A stretch of DNA of 64,000 bases from Candidatus Latescibacterota bacterium (GTDB taxonomy: Bacteria; Latescibacterota; UBA2968; UBA8231), in contig CBDFJF010000001.1 of the NCBI GenBank assembly GCA_965248265.1, forward strand, positions 1,536,001-1,600,000, read 5' to 3'. The notes under the pieces were generated by a model. The model made no database searches and was not told the origin of the DNA. It saw nothing but the letters and a program-made list of their open reading frames with translations. Shown piece by piece: positions 28,949 to 38,876 of the stretch; within the stretch, counting starts at the first letter, position 1, and each line of letters begins with the position of its first letter. The position numbers were made by a program, and so were the translations under genes.

Positions 28949-30864
28949 TAGCGTTTCAGTCCGAATGAACGTTCCCCAGTAGTACGCGCTTGCTGCACCG
29001 GAAGGCGGCCGAGAACGCTTAGAATGTTCTGCCCTCCTGGGCCCGTTGCGAGCCCTTGAGTAAGGAACTTGCGACCACCAGGGCTCAACACGGCTTTGCC
29101 CAGTCCATGCGTGGCTCCTATCTGACCAAGAGCTCCCAACAATCCCGTCATGCCCCGTTGTCCTGAAGAGGCCAATGTCTGAAACTCATTCGCCTTGCCA
29201 GTATTGCTGAAATTCTTAAACAGCCGCTCCGATACATTGGTGTCCTGTGCCAGCTTAGCGAAGTCCATGATCGTGTCTGTGGCGTCACGCCCGAAGAATT
29301 CCACCAGCACCTCAGGACCGCCGGCACGCTGGATGGCAGACAGCAGCCGGGTGCCGCTGAAATGCCCTGATGCTGGATCTGTGGCTTGTGCCCGCAACTT
29401 GACCATCAGGGCATCGCCGGCCATGTCCCACGCCTCACGCCCAAATCCTGTAGCGGTAAGGCCAGACTCAGAAGTGTTCGCGCCGACTTTGCGTTTGAAT
29501 TGTTGAATGACTCGCGCCTGGTTAGGACGGGCTAATTGATCGACAATATTTGCTGCCTTGTCGGGATCGCGTAGTAACCGTGCCGCGCTCGTTTTGTCGA
29601 GATTGATGAGATCTTTGGCGGCCGCAGATGCGGATCGAGCTGCGTCAGCGAATCCATGCCGGCGCCCGACCTCCATCCCGTCCTCCAAAAGTGCGCCGTA
29701 CAGATCGCGGATGTGTCCATCCAACCCGCTGTTCTTGAACTGTTCCAACCCTCCCTGCGAACTGAGGAGGCTGCCGATCTGCTTGCGATAGGCGTCAAGC
29801 TCGTCGAATGTGCGAATGTTGAAGATGTCCTTCTGCAAGTCAGCCAGTTGCTTCTTCTGTGCCCCTGCGATATTAAACCCGCTCAGAGCATCTGCCCCGG
29901 TGCGGTCTGCAATGCGCGCGATCGCCTCAGCAGCATTAATGGCTTCGGCGGGGGCCTCGCCTGGCAGTAGCTTACGTAGCTTCTTGTACAACGCCGCTAC
30001 TTCGCCCTCGCGAGCTTTGAGCGTCTCGACAGCCCCCTCCTGCAGTGCATCCCCGACATCTTGCGAGAGATGCTTCTTTTGAGCCCGTATCACGTCCAGG
30101 CCGCCTTGGAATTCCTTCTGCAGAGGCTCAGAAACCTGTTGTCTGAACTGATCTGCAGTTACAGCCGACTCAGACACCCGCTGTTCGGCTCCTGCCAATA
30201 GGTCCGAACGGGTTTGTGCGGCCAGTGGCAAATTTCCCTTAATGCTGGTACCCAGCTTCGCGTCGACATCACCAGCTTTCGTCATCAATTCTGTGTTGGC
30301 TTTGAACGGAGCCAGCCCCTTCTTCAGGCCAGCGCCGACCAGCCGACCGCCAATCTCGCCCAACGGGGCAGTAAATGCTTCTACCTTCAGGTTGTCCTCA
30401 TTAATAGGCTGCCCCGAGCCTAGTGCTTGCCCAATTTTCTGTCGCCCCATTTCGCCAAGCAGCCCACCTCCTGCAGCACCAACCATCCCTCCCGGTGCAG
30501 CTCCGATGCCGAAACCAGCGGCACCCAGCGAAGTCCCAGCAATACCGCCCAGCGTAGATGTCGCTGCAGGAATAAAATCACCAGCCAGATCGGCGATGTC
30601 ACCCACTTCGAAATTACCTGGGTCAACCGGGAAAATCTTGCCGTCCTTCACTACGCCCAGGTGGCCATCAGATGTCTGTCTGGGTTCGAACCCGAGATTG
30701 CGCAGGATGCCTTCTTTGCCTTCATGTGTTGGGGCCATCGAAAGAGCGGCACGCACCATGAAGTTCACACCGGACTCATCCAACACATTGGGCAACGGCA
30801 AGCCTTCAGGAGAACCCTGCCGAAGCTGATTCAGCAGTGCACTGACTCTGTCCTTTTGAGCCAT
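28948..30864 (-). CDS. putative DNA-ejection/internal virion protein
   Basis: Gly-rich hydrophobic hairpin (GGIAGTSLGAAGFGIGAAPGG) followed by a helical region. Confidence 0.6.
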   Translation of the reverse strand: MAQKDRVSALLNQLRQGSPEGLPLPNVLDESGVNFMVRAALSMAPTHEGKEGILRNLGFEPRQTSDGHLGVVKDGKIFPVDPGNFEVGDIADLAGDFIPAATSTLGGIAGTSLGAAGFGIGAAPGGMVGAAGGGLLGEMGRQKIGQALGSGQPINEDNLKVEAFTAPLGEIGGRLVGAGLKKGLAPFKANTELMTKAGDVDAKLGTSIKGNLPLAAQTRSDLLAGAEQRVSESAVTADQFRQQVSEPLQKEFQGGLDVIRAQKKHLSQDVGDALQEGAVETLKAREGEVAALYKKLRKLLPGEAPAEAINAAEAIARIADRTGADALSGFNIAGAQKKQLADLQKDIFNIRTFDELDAYRKQIGSLLSSQGGLEQFKNSGLDGHIRDLYGALLEDGMEVGRRHGFADAARSASAAAKDLINLDKTSAARLLRDPDKAANIVDQLARPNQARVIQQFKRKVGANTSESGLTATGFGREAWDMAGDALMVKLRAQATDPASGHFSGTRLLSAIQRAGGPEVLVEFFGRDATDTIMDFAKLAQDTNVSERLFKNFSNTGKANEFQTLASSGQRGMTGLLGALGQIGATHGLGKAVLSPGGRKFLTQGLATGPGGQNILSVLGRLPVQQARTTGERSFGLKR

Positions 30865-32405
30865 TACTGAAGTCCCCCTATGGTCTCAAGCAATCCAATG
30901 CGCGGCGCTTTATACGATCCACCTGGAGGAGCTCGTAACACACCTTGTCCCCCAAACTGCTTTTGCTGCTCCTCTATCATCTTCTCGAGCAACTCCATTG
31001 CTGACGGTCGCCGGTTGATCTCTGCCTCTGCGGCAGGGTCTCCTGCAGCGGCCTGTTGAATCAGTTTCAAATCATCCAGCGCCCCAATACCAGCATTAAC
31101 CGCAGTTGGATCTGCAGCTGTATTGATGATCTGCTGGCGCTGGGTGCGGAAGTCGGTCTCGATATTGTTCAGCCGCCCCAATAGAGCTTCTTTGCCTCCA
31201 ATCAAACCGCCGATGAAGTTGTTGCCGAATCGGTCGAACTCCTCTTGCGTGATTGCAGCACCTGAGAACACGCGCACGGCCATTTCAGAAGTCAGCCCGA
31301 TCATATTGAGCAACTCACGGGCCCCGGCCTCGCCCAGACGGCCTTGCAACCAATTTTCCGAATTGGTCTGCAGTGCAGCACTGAACAGTTCGAAGGTCTT
31401 ATCGTCTGCGTCCATCACCTTCTCTCGAATTCGCTGTACCGAATCCTCGATGGCTGCAAGTTTCGCGAATCTCGTTGCCTGCTCACCGGTCAACTTCAGC
31501 TCGGGCTTGGCCAGGTTGAGCGTTTCTGTGAAGTCCTTGAGGTCGCTTTCGGTCAACTCGAGATTGCCCTGACGCATCTGCAGCATGAACATGCGCCCTG
31601 CTGCTTCGGGGCCGATATCATCAACCTGCGATACTGCTCCACTTATGAGCGTCCTGACTGTTTCAATGCGTTTGTTCGTAGCGTCCTGAGTCGCTTTCTC
31701 TCCTGCCAACCTTATCTGCTCGGCTCTGTTTTCCGCTCCAAGTGTTTGAGCACCTACTTGCTGTTGTCTAAAATCTTCAGCAGTACGAGCAGCTTCCAAT
31801 TCCTGCTGACGTTGAAATGCCCCGCTCAGCACGCTCTGAGGTGCACCTGACTCCGACAGTAGCATCTTTCTGTTGACGCCTTCTCTGGCTGTCGAAGTTG
31901 GGTTAAATGTGTCAGTAACTGTCGCGTCTACGATTGGCGTCTTCATTCCTCGGGCATTGGCTGCATCGGTCAACCCTGCTCCGAATCGCTGTTGCATTTG
32001 ATTCTGCAAATTCCCTAACTGCAGTTCACTAATGCGATCCTGTGTATTCTCTCTGTCTTCTTGTCGCCCCAACTGACGGGCGTGCTGGGCAATGCCCACT
32101 CCCTGAGCCCCTACCCTGGCTATGTTTTCCAGAAATCCAGCCTTAGGCATAACAGGGGCTTGGCCCTGCGCACCTGTGCCAGGACTCAAAGCATTCATCA
32201 GGTTGGCTATCGATTGAGATCGACGAGCCTCTTCTATCGCCTGCCGTTGGCGCTCTTCTACTTCTCCTCCAGCCAACCCCCGTAGTCCTGCACCTGTCGC
32301 TGGTAGCAGTAATCGGGATAGAGCCGGACCCCCTGGTATAGCACTGGACGCCAATGTGATTCCAGCAGGGACGGCAAATGATGCGAGCTTATCGAAGAAT
32401 CCCAT
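30864..32405 (-). CDS. putative DNA-ejection/internal virion protein
   Basis: MGFFDKL start, helical; SGAAITQEEFDRF motif common in such proteins. Confidence 0.6.
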   Translation of the reverse strand: MGFFDKLASFAVPAGITLASSAIPGGPALSRLLLPATGAGLRGLAGGEVEERQRQAIEEARRSQSIANLMNALSPGTGAQGQAPVMPKAGFLENIARVGAQGVGIAQHARQLGRQEDRENTQDRISELQLGNLQNQMQQRFGAGLTDAANARGMKTPIVDATVTDTFNPTSTAREGVNRKMLLSESGAPQSVLSGAFQRQQELEAARTAEDFRQQQVGAQTLGAENRAEQIRLAGEKATQDATNKRIETVRTLISGAVSQVDDIGPEAAGRMFMLQMRQGNLELTESDLKDFTETLNLAKPELKLTGEQATRFAKLAAIEDSVQRIREKVMDADDKTFELFSAALQTNSENWLQGRLGEAGARELLNMIGLTSEMAVRVFSGAAITQEEFDRFGNNFIGGLIGGKEALLGRLNNIETDFRTQRQQIINTAADPTAVNAGIGALDDLKLIQQAAAGDPAAEAEINRRPSAMELLEKMIEEQQKQFGGQGVLRAPPGGSYKAPRIGLLETIGGLQ

Positions 32406-35400
32406 TATAGTAACCCCAGTGCTCTAAGTTCTTCGGAGGTTTCTGCCCCCTGTTGTTGAGCAAGAGCCAATGCTTCTCCTCTGGCCATGCCTGGATTCTG
32501 CGCCATGATTTTGTCTGCCCTGGCGTTAAGAATTGTCGTTTGCTTGTCAAGGCCGGTCTGTATGGTTTCCCCGACGGCTTCTGGATCATCTATTCCCAAG
32601 TCAAGAATTGGCCCTTGGTTTAATTCCGCCCCGCCCCCTCCGCTGTTAGTTGGGCCCGGAGCACCAGTGCCCTGATTAGCTAATGGTATTCCAAGTAAAG
32701 CACTGATACGATTGGCAATGTCGGTATTGTCAAAGTTGAACCCTGCCTCATTTGCCGCAATCGCCTGAGTAATCACATCGCGATCTTCAAACTGCCTGCG
32801 AGCTCTATCCTCCGCAGCAGCAGCCAGATCGCGATTGAACTGACTATTTCCTAACTGATCCTGCATCAGCAAGCTCTGCAGCGTGTCCTGTTGGGCGCCG
32901 CCGGTGAACTGACCGCTGATGACTCCGAGGGCTTGCTGGATTGCGAGGTTCTGAGCCGACGTAAACTGATTGCGCTGATCTTGCTGGGCTCTTTCCTGGA
33001 TGTCAGCAGACCTATCGAATTGCTTACCCTGCTGAGCCAACCTCTGCTGGTCCAGTCCGAATCCTCGATCAAACTGCGACCCCTGCTGTAGTAACTGAGC
33101 CAAGAATTGTTCGTCCTGCTGACTGAGCCTCCGCTCGTCCAGCCCAAAGCCGCGATCAAATTGGCTACCCTGCTGCAGTAGCTGAGCCAGAAATTGTTCG
33201 TCCTGCTGTGACAGGCGCTGTTCATCGAGACCAAACCCTCGATCAAACTGCGACCCCTGCTGTAGTAACTGAGCCAGAAATTGCTGATCTTGCTGGCTGA
33301 GTCTCTGTTGCTCGAGCCCCGATGACGTTTCAAATTGCTCGCCTTGCTGGACAAGCTGCTGTCCGAATTGGCCTGCCTGTTGTTCCCTTGAGACTTGTTG
33401 CTCTTCGAGAGATTGCCCAAATTGCGATCCTTGCTGTGTCAGCTGATCGATGAATTGCCGATCCTGCTGGCTCATCCGCGCGGTATCCAGCCCCAAACTC
33501 TGGGCGAATTGCTCCCCCTGCTGCGAGAGTTGCTGCTGCTGTAAGCCAAACTGCTGGCCGAATTGACCGGCCTGTTGCGCCAGCCTCGCTTCGTCCAACC
33601 CCAACCCTCTGGAAAACTGACTCTCCTGCTGGCCCAGCTGGGCGCGCGCCAATGCCTCAGTTGCCTCCCTACCCAACTGCTGCTCCAGCAGCGACCTGCC
33701 AAATTGCGATTCCTGCTGCCCAAGCTGCTGACCGAATTGTGATCCTTGTTGAAGCCTTCCTAACAGCTGCTCTTCCAGGCTTCTGCCAAATTGTGACTCC
33801 TGCTGTCCCATCCTTGACTCTTCCAGGCCCAGGCTTCTTGCGAATTGAGACTCTTGCTGGCCAAGACGCTGCGACTCAAGTCCCAGCTGCTGCCTGGCCA
33901 AACGGCTCTCCAATGTCTCCTGTGGGCCAAAGCGCCCCTCGACCACTCCCAAGGCCTGCTGGATTGCGAAGTCTCTATCGGCATCTCTGCCAGTTGTGCT
34001 GACGTCAAATTGCCTTCCCTGCTCACCCAGTGCCTGACGGAACTGAGATCCCTGGTCCAGCCTTCCAAGACGCTGCTCGTTCAGCGATCGTCCGAATTGC
34101 GTGTTCTGTTGCTCGAGAGCCTGTCCCTGCAGTCCTTCGCCGGTTAAGGCCCGTCTGATGTCTTCCTGGAACAACTCCCTACCAGTGGGCGTAGTCGCTG
34201 TCAGTCCTCTTGCCAGAGAACGATCTGCTACGTCCTGCTGCAGTCCGGCTCGTTGCAGGCCGAAGTTGGCGCCGAACTGAGCCGAATTGAGCGATCTGTT
34301 GGCTTGATCGCCAGACAATCCTAATGCCGCGGGTAAGACTCGCCCGAACGCGTCCTGTATCCCCTGCGCTCTGACTCCCGCGCGACCGCGCTCAATGCCG
34401 CTGTCGAATTGGCCAAGCACATCAGCTACCCTACCGCTCGATACTCCATCACCTCCCAGGACACCGAAGCGCTGCAAGTCCTCTATCTGCTGATCTCTGG
34501 CCTGTCCAGCGTTGAAGTCGAAGTCAGCCAGAGCCGCTTGGGTAATGGGGTCTTGCCCAGAAGCTGCTCCTGCCAACTGCCCGCTCAGTAACTGCTGTAT
34601 CTGCTGCTCAAACGGGCTCTGTTGCGGCTGCTGGAAACTCAGCGAATTTGCCGTCCTTTGCCCTGCTCTCTCTGCTCTGTCAACCAACGCTGCCGTCTGA
34701 AACTGGTGTGGCTGTGATGACGGCTGGGCAAATGGGTTATTGGCACCCACTCCGCTCTGTACTGCTGCAGGAGTCGCAGGGAGAGGGGGAGGGGCACTTG
34801 TCGCCCCTGGAGGGGGAATAGCTGGTATTGCAGGCGCAGGAGGCGGAGGAGCAGGCGGTGGAGGAGCCGTAGGAGGGGCTGCCGGTTTGGCCGCCGGCGT
34901 CTTTGATATAACCTCTCCTGAAGGGCCAGTTTTTATTACAAAATCTTTTGTCCCAATAGTCACATTGGGCCGATACTGGGATGGCGTGGGCTGGTAAGTA
35001 TCCCCATTTGATGGCGGAGGAACTACAGGCTTCTTTGTAGGCGTAGAAACTACTTCTGGAGCAATAGCCGGTGGCTTATCCGGACGCACTATTTCAGGAT
35101 TGGCAGGGCCGCTGGGAGGAGGTCTGTTTGGTGCAGTCGCATCAACCCGACCAAAGAAATCATCTAACCCCTCGGGCTTCCCTGCATCAATCTGCTTGAA
35201 AAAGTCATCAAACATACTCCCGCTGGAAGTAGGTTTGTCGGCTGGGCGCACCAATTCAGGGTTTGCTGGACCACTTGGGCGGGGAGAAGTTGGCCTAACT
35301 ATTTCGGGGTTTGCTGGGCCGCTTCGGGGGCGGTCAGGAGAGGGCGTAAGCCCTACCAGAAACATTACTTGTGCCTCTGAAATCCCCATCTGTTGGGCTA

Positions 35401-35425
35401 ATCTTGCTATCGCTTCAGGGTTCAT
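32405..35425 (-). CDS. 1006-aa Pro/Gln-rich putative ejection (pilot) protein
   Basis: Pro-rich N-terminus, long QQxxQF repeat region. Confidence 0.6.
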   Translation of the reverse strand: MNPEAIARLAQQMGISEAQVMFLVGLTPSPDRPRSGPANPEIVRPTSPRPSGPANPELVRPADKPTSSGSMFDDFFKQIDAGKPEGLDDFFGRVDATAPNRPPPSGPANPEIVRPDKPPAIAPEVVSTPTKKPVVPPPSNGDTYQPTPSQYRPNVTIGTKDFVIKTGPSGEVISKTPAAKPAAPPTAPPPPAPPPPAPAIPAIPPPGATSAPPPLPATPAAVQSGVGANNPFAQPSSQPHQFQTAALVDRAERAGQRTANSLSFQQPQQSPFEQQIQQLLSGQLAGAASGQDPITQAALADFDFNAGQARDQQIEDLQRFGVLGGDGVSSGRVADVLGQFDSGIERGRAGVRAQGIQDAFGRVLPAALGLSGDQANRSLNSAQFGANFGLQRAGLQQDVADRSLARGLTATTPTGRELFQEDIRRALTGEGLQGQALEQQNTQFGRSLNEQRLGRLDQGSQFRQALGEQGRQFDVSTTGRDADRDFAIQQALGVVEGRFGPQETLESRLARQQLGLESQRLGQQESQFARSLGLEESRMGQQESQFGRSLEEQLLGRLQQGSQFGQQLGQQESQFGRSLLEQQLGREATEALARAQLGQQESQFSRGLGLDEARLAQQAGQFGQQFGLQQQQLSQQGEQFAQSLGLDTARMSQQDRQFIDQLTQQGSQFGQSLEEQQVSREQQAGQFGQQLVQQGEQFETSSGLEQQRLSQQDQQFLAQLLQQGSQFDRGFGLDEQRLSQQDEQFLAQLLQQGSQFDRGFGLDERRLSQQDEQFLAQLLQQGSQFDRGFGLDQQRLAQQGKQFDRSADIQERAQQDQRNQFTSAQNLAIQQALGVISGQFTGGAQQDTLQSLLMQDQLGNSQFNRDLAAAAEDRARRQFEDRDVITQAIAANEAGFNFDNTDIANRISALLGIPLANQGTGAPGPTNSGGGGAELNQGPILDLGIDDPEAVGETIQTGLDKQTTILNARADKIMAQNPGMARGEALALAQQQGAETSEELRALGLL
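33040..33310 (-). repeat. about 3 x 87-bp coding repeat (approximate limits)
   Basis: QRLSQQD(E/Q)QFLAQLLQQGSQFDRGFGLD three times. Confidence 0.8.
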
Positions 35426-35426
35426 G

Positions 35427-36353
35427 CTATGCCGCCGTTACAGTGTCTGATCCTACGATGATTGTCACGCCGTCGTCGCCGTCGCCCGCGCCATACCGCT
35501 TCGCCGGATATCGGCGGTTGCCGTTCATTTTCTTGGCCTGCTCTGAATGTCCCGCCAGTGCCCGATTCATGTTTCTCTCCTGCTCACTGGCAGGTTCGTA
35601 CTGCCTGTTGTCGTCCAGGTACAGCTTGCGAGCTCCGTAGATAAGAGCTGATTCCAGAGACCTCGGAATGCCCAGCACTTGCATGGTGCTACTGTCGTCG
35701 CTGGACGTCCAAGCCGCGATGTCCATCCGGTACTTGACCCGGATCACGTCGCCAGACGGAGCCGCGGCGGGCCAGACATCAAGGGTTGGGTACCCGGTAC
35801 TGGCCTGCAGCCCACCGATCTGGATAGCCTCCGCGTTAGCACTCCAGTCTCGATCCGGGTCCGAGTCGTCGTACGCCTCCGATTCGATGATCGGTACGGG
35901 CCAGTTCTGAGTCTCGTTGTGGAACGAAGTCCAGTTCGTGACCGGCCCGGATATAGGCGTGTACACCCGCGTAACCGCCGACGAGCTGAACGTGGCCGTC
36001 GCCCCCGAGGTGCCGCCCGTGATGGTCTCCGTCGCCGTGAAGTCGCCTGATTCGGAGTAGACGTAGAGGTACCCGTTGGTCGAGTCGTACGAGTCCACGG
36101 TCGCCGTCTTGCCAGATGTGCCCCCGGTGATTGTTTCCCCGCTCGTAAAGGTGCCAGACGCCCCAGTGATCGTGAACGTCAGCGTCGTGCGGAACGTCGT
36201 CTCCCGATCGAGAAACCATCCCGGCACCAACGACAACAGCTCGGCGGACATCGTGGACAGATACGTCCGCGCCTCGTCCTTGTACTCTGTGACGGACGTA
36301 CTCAGGCGCACCCCTTTGAGGACACGGGTAATAGCTGTTGCGAGCGTCGCCAT
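35427..36353 (-). CDS. head-tail adaptor / tail tubular A-like protein with Thr-rich insertion
   Basis: MATL...VWP...IP..LESALIYGA pattern; two SGxFTxxETITGGTSGxTAT repeats. Confidence 0.65.
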   Translation of the reverse strand: MATLATAITRVLKGVRLSTSVTEYKDEARTYLSTMSAELLSLVPGWFLDRETTFRTTLTFTITGASGTFTSGETITGGTSGKTATVDSYDSTNGYLYVYSESGDFTATETITGGTSGATATFSSSAVTRVYTPISGPVTNWTSFHNETQNWPVPIIESEAYDDSDPDRDWSANAEAIQIGGLQASTGYPTLDVWPAAAPSGDVIRVKYRMDIAAWTSSDDSSTMQVLGIPRSLESALIYGARKLYLDDNRQYEPASEQERNMNRALAGHSEQAKKMNGNRRYPAKRYGAGDGDDGVTIIVGSDTVTAA

Positions 36354-37186
36354 CAGGCTTCAGCCAGCACCCCTTCAGGAATCTCGGACTCACCAGCAAC
36401 AACCGGAGCTCCGTCGCCACCGTAATGGACCTCCTGCCCGCCGCCGTCGATCTCACCGTATTTGCCAGCGGCGATCTTGGACTGAACTTCACTGCCCAGC
36501 CTGCCGCCGTCGCGCCGGGCCTCGATCCACATCTCGTACTCCGGCGACTTGATCGGCTTGCCGTCGGCTCCCTTGGCGGCGCCCTGGTCGACAACCACGT
36601 CGACGACTTCCTCGGTATATATCTGATTCCCCTCCTCGTTGACGATGATCTTTCCATTCTCGTCGCGCATGGGGATTGGCTTTCTACGCTGCTCGACGTG
36701 CGGCTCGGCGTAGATCGTGCGCCGGGGGTTGCCGTTACCGTCCATCTCAATGCCGCCATTACCGTCTGAGAGCAGATACATCTTGATCGCAGCCGGAGGC
36801 AGTGGCACGAAATCGTTCGGGTGGCGCACCTCAGTACCGCCATGCACCTTCAGCTCCTCGGCGTCGTAGTCGCGCCATGCGTAGGGTCGCAAGGGTTTGG
36901 CCGGAGTCGTATTGAGCAACGCCCGTCCTTCCTGCGTCTGCGCAGCCGCCCGTAGCAGTGCCGTGGCGATGTTCGGGTTGCCAGTCAGCACCTTGATGAT
37001 CTCGGCCTCCTGCGTAGCGTCCACAGCCTCTACCGGATCAGAAGTGCCATCTTCCGGCACCGGTTCGCTTTCGCCCAACACCTGTGCTCCTTCTGGGATT
37101 GCGTTGGCCTCCTCAACAGCAGCCTGTGCTGCCGGATCGGGCTCTCCCTGCGGTCCTGACTGTCCCATGTTCTGCCGCTTTGCCAA
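36353..37186 (-). CDS. acidic phage hypothetical protein
   Basis: TTG start after GGAGG; coupled to the downstream gene. Confidence 0.6.
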   Translation of the reverse strand: MAKRQNMGQSGPQGEPDPAAQAAVEEANAIPEGAQVLGESEPVPEDGTSDPVEAVDATQEAEIIKVLTGNPNIATALLRAAAQTQEGRALLNTTPAKPLRPYAWRDYDAEELKVHGGTEVRHPNDFVPLPPAAIKMYLLSDGNGGIEMDGNGNPRRTIYAEPHVEQRRKPIPMRDENGKIIVNEEGNQIYTEEVVDVVVDQGAAKGADGKPIKSPEYEMWIEARRDGGRLGSEVQSKIAAGKYGEIDGGGQEVHYGGDGAPVVAGESEIPEGVLAEA

Positions 37187-37188
37187 AA

Positions 37189-38103
37189 TCACACCTCCGT
37201 CATTTCGTATTCTGCTGTTGGGTCTGGATCGTGCACTGGTCTGTCCAGCGCCACCAAGCTCAGATACTGCCTGGCCTTGTTTCGAATGTCTGCATGCTTC
37301 ATGGCCCATTCGCGAGCCTCAGAAAAGCGAGCGGGGGAGCTCAGTTCCTTCTCCAGCTCCTCCTGCGTGTAGTTGATGTCCTCCGTGCGCCCGGAGAAGT
37401 TGCGCTTGGCGAAGTGGTCTGCCATTGTCTCGTTGCTCACCCACCCGTCGCCTCTCGGTGCATCTACGCCCCTGGCATCGAAGACGAACGCCTGCTTCCC
37501 GCAAGCCAGCGCCTCGAGGATGCCGCGGCCATACCCCACCATGACACGAGAACGGCGCATCAGAGACGCCACGTCTTCCTTGGGCGAGCTCTTGTAGTGA
37601 ACAGTCATACAACTCAACCCCAGGCGCTCACACGCCTTCGAAACCATCGCCGAGCCTCGGATGCCCTTACACAGGTTGAGCACATCGAACTCCGCCTCCT
37701 GCGGATAGAACCGCTCCAGATTGATGCCGTTGGTTATCACCGTGCTCTCGAAACCGCGCTCTGAAAGCACGCCCTGTACTTCCTGTGACACTGCCACCAC
37801 ATGATCAGCGCCTATCTGATACTGCTCTGCCTGATGCGTTGGTCCGTGCTGGGTGTAAATCACAGGACACGTCAGGAACGGCCTGAGAATGCGCATACAG
37901 GTGTTGTGGTTGACGATGGCCAGATCAATGTCTGTAGGCATCTGACGCACATGCACCTTGCAGGGCAGCTTGAACACGCCCTCAACGAACGTGAACACCT
38001 CCACCTCGTGGTCCTTCTCCATCAATGCAATCGCCATCTCGCGCACCCAGGTCTGGGTCCCGCCGTATTGGGCAAAGTCGTGGTTAGTCAGCAGGATCTT
38101 CAT
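37189..38103 (-). CDS. glycosyltransferase, GT-B fold (GT4-like)
   Basis: MKILLTN..YGGTQTW, HEVEV, TQHG, ADHVVAVS, ITNGINLERF, GRGILEALACG. Confidence 0.85.
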   Translation of the reverse strand: MKILLTNHDFAQYGGTQTWVREMAIALMEKDHEVEVFTFVEGVFKLPCKVHVRQMPTDIDLAIVNHNTCMRILRPFLTCPVIYTQHGPTHQAEQYQIGADHVVAVSQEVQGVLSERGFESTVITNGINLERFYPQEAEFDVLNLCKGIRGSAMVSKACERLGLSCMTVHYKSSPKEDVASLMRRSRVMVGYGRGILEALACGKQAFVFDARGVDAPRGDGWVSNETMADHFAKRNFSGRTEDINYTQEELEKELSSPARFSEAREWAMKHADIRNKARQYLSLVALDRPVHDPDPTAEYEMTEV

Positions 38104-38876
38104 GCCGCGTTGCGCTCCTTGAACTGCGCCAATTTGTCCACCATCTCGCCAAGAGACGGCTCGTATCTGGTGGGCTCAGCCAATTTCGCCGCCACCTGGT
38201 CGTTATTCTTGCCGCGACTCAACGCCAGCTCTATCTCTCTGATCCTCGGAAGGTCAGCCGGGTCGTGCATACCGTGGGCGATGCCGAAGCCGAAGTGAAC
38301 GTGCCGCTTGATGCCAATGTCCTCGCAGTACTGGTTGAAGAAAGAATCTGTCGGCACCGGTCCCTGCTGCTGAAACGGGTATTTCCCCACCTCGTACAGC
38401 CGATCAAAGACACTCGTCTTCACCAGCGTCATCGCCCAGGTGATCATGTCCGTTGACTGCACCTCATCCCCGTCGTCCTGTTCATGGGGTACCAATCGCA
38501 GGTTGTTTGCCAACAATTCCTCTCTGGTGCCGATCATATTGACCCAATCCCCGATCTGCTTCATGGCCAGGGACGAATACGGCCACACCTTTCGGAATGT
38601 CTGGAAACCGATCACGTCCTTATCGGCCTCCAGCAGCACATCGAGGCCGTTGATGGGGAACCCCCAGTGATCGTCTTCGACGAACAGCACATGGGACGCT
38701 CCCATTGACTGGGCCATCCCTACCGTCTCTTCCTGCACCTCGTAGAGCGGCCGGTATATCTGGAAGTGCTGTCTGAGCCCAAACTTTGCCTTGTTGTGGG
38801 CGTACCACTCCATCCAGTGCGGCAGAAACTTCTTGGCCGGATCGACCTTCACCCATGGCACACAGCAGCAGATCAT
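38100..38876 (-). CDS. glycosyltransferase, GT-A fold (GT2-like)
   Basis: SHVLFVEDDH (DxD-like), LLEADKDVIG, TLVKTSVF, TDSFF..CEDIG. Confidence 0.75.
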   Translation of the reverse strand: MICCCVPWVKVDPAKKFLPHWMEWYAHNKAKFGLRQHFQIYRPLYEVQEETVGMAQSMGASHVLFVEDDHWGFPINGLDVLLEADKDVIGFQTFRKVWPYSSLAMKQIGDWVNMIGTREELLANNLRLVPHEQDDGDEVQSTDMITWAMTLVKTSVFDRLYEVGKYPFQQQGPVPTDSFFNQYCEDIGIKRHVHFGFGIAHGMHDPADLPRIREIELALSRGKNNDQVAAKLAEPTRYEPSLGEMVDKLAQFKERNAA

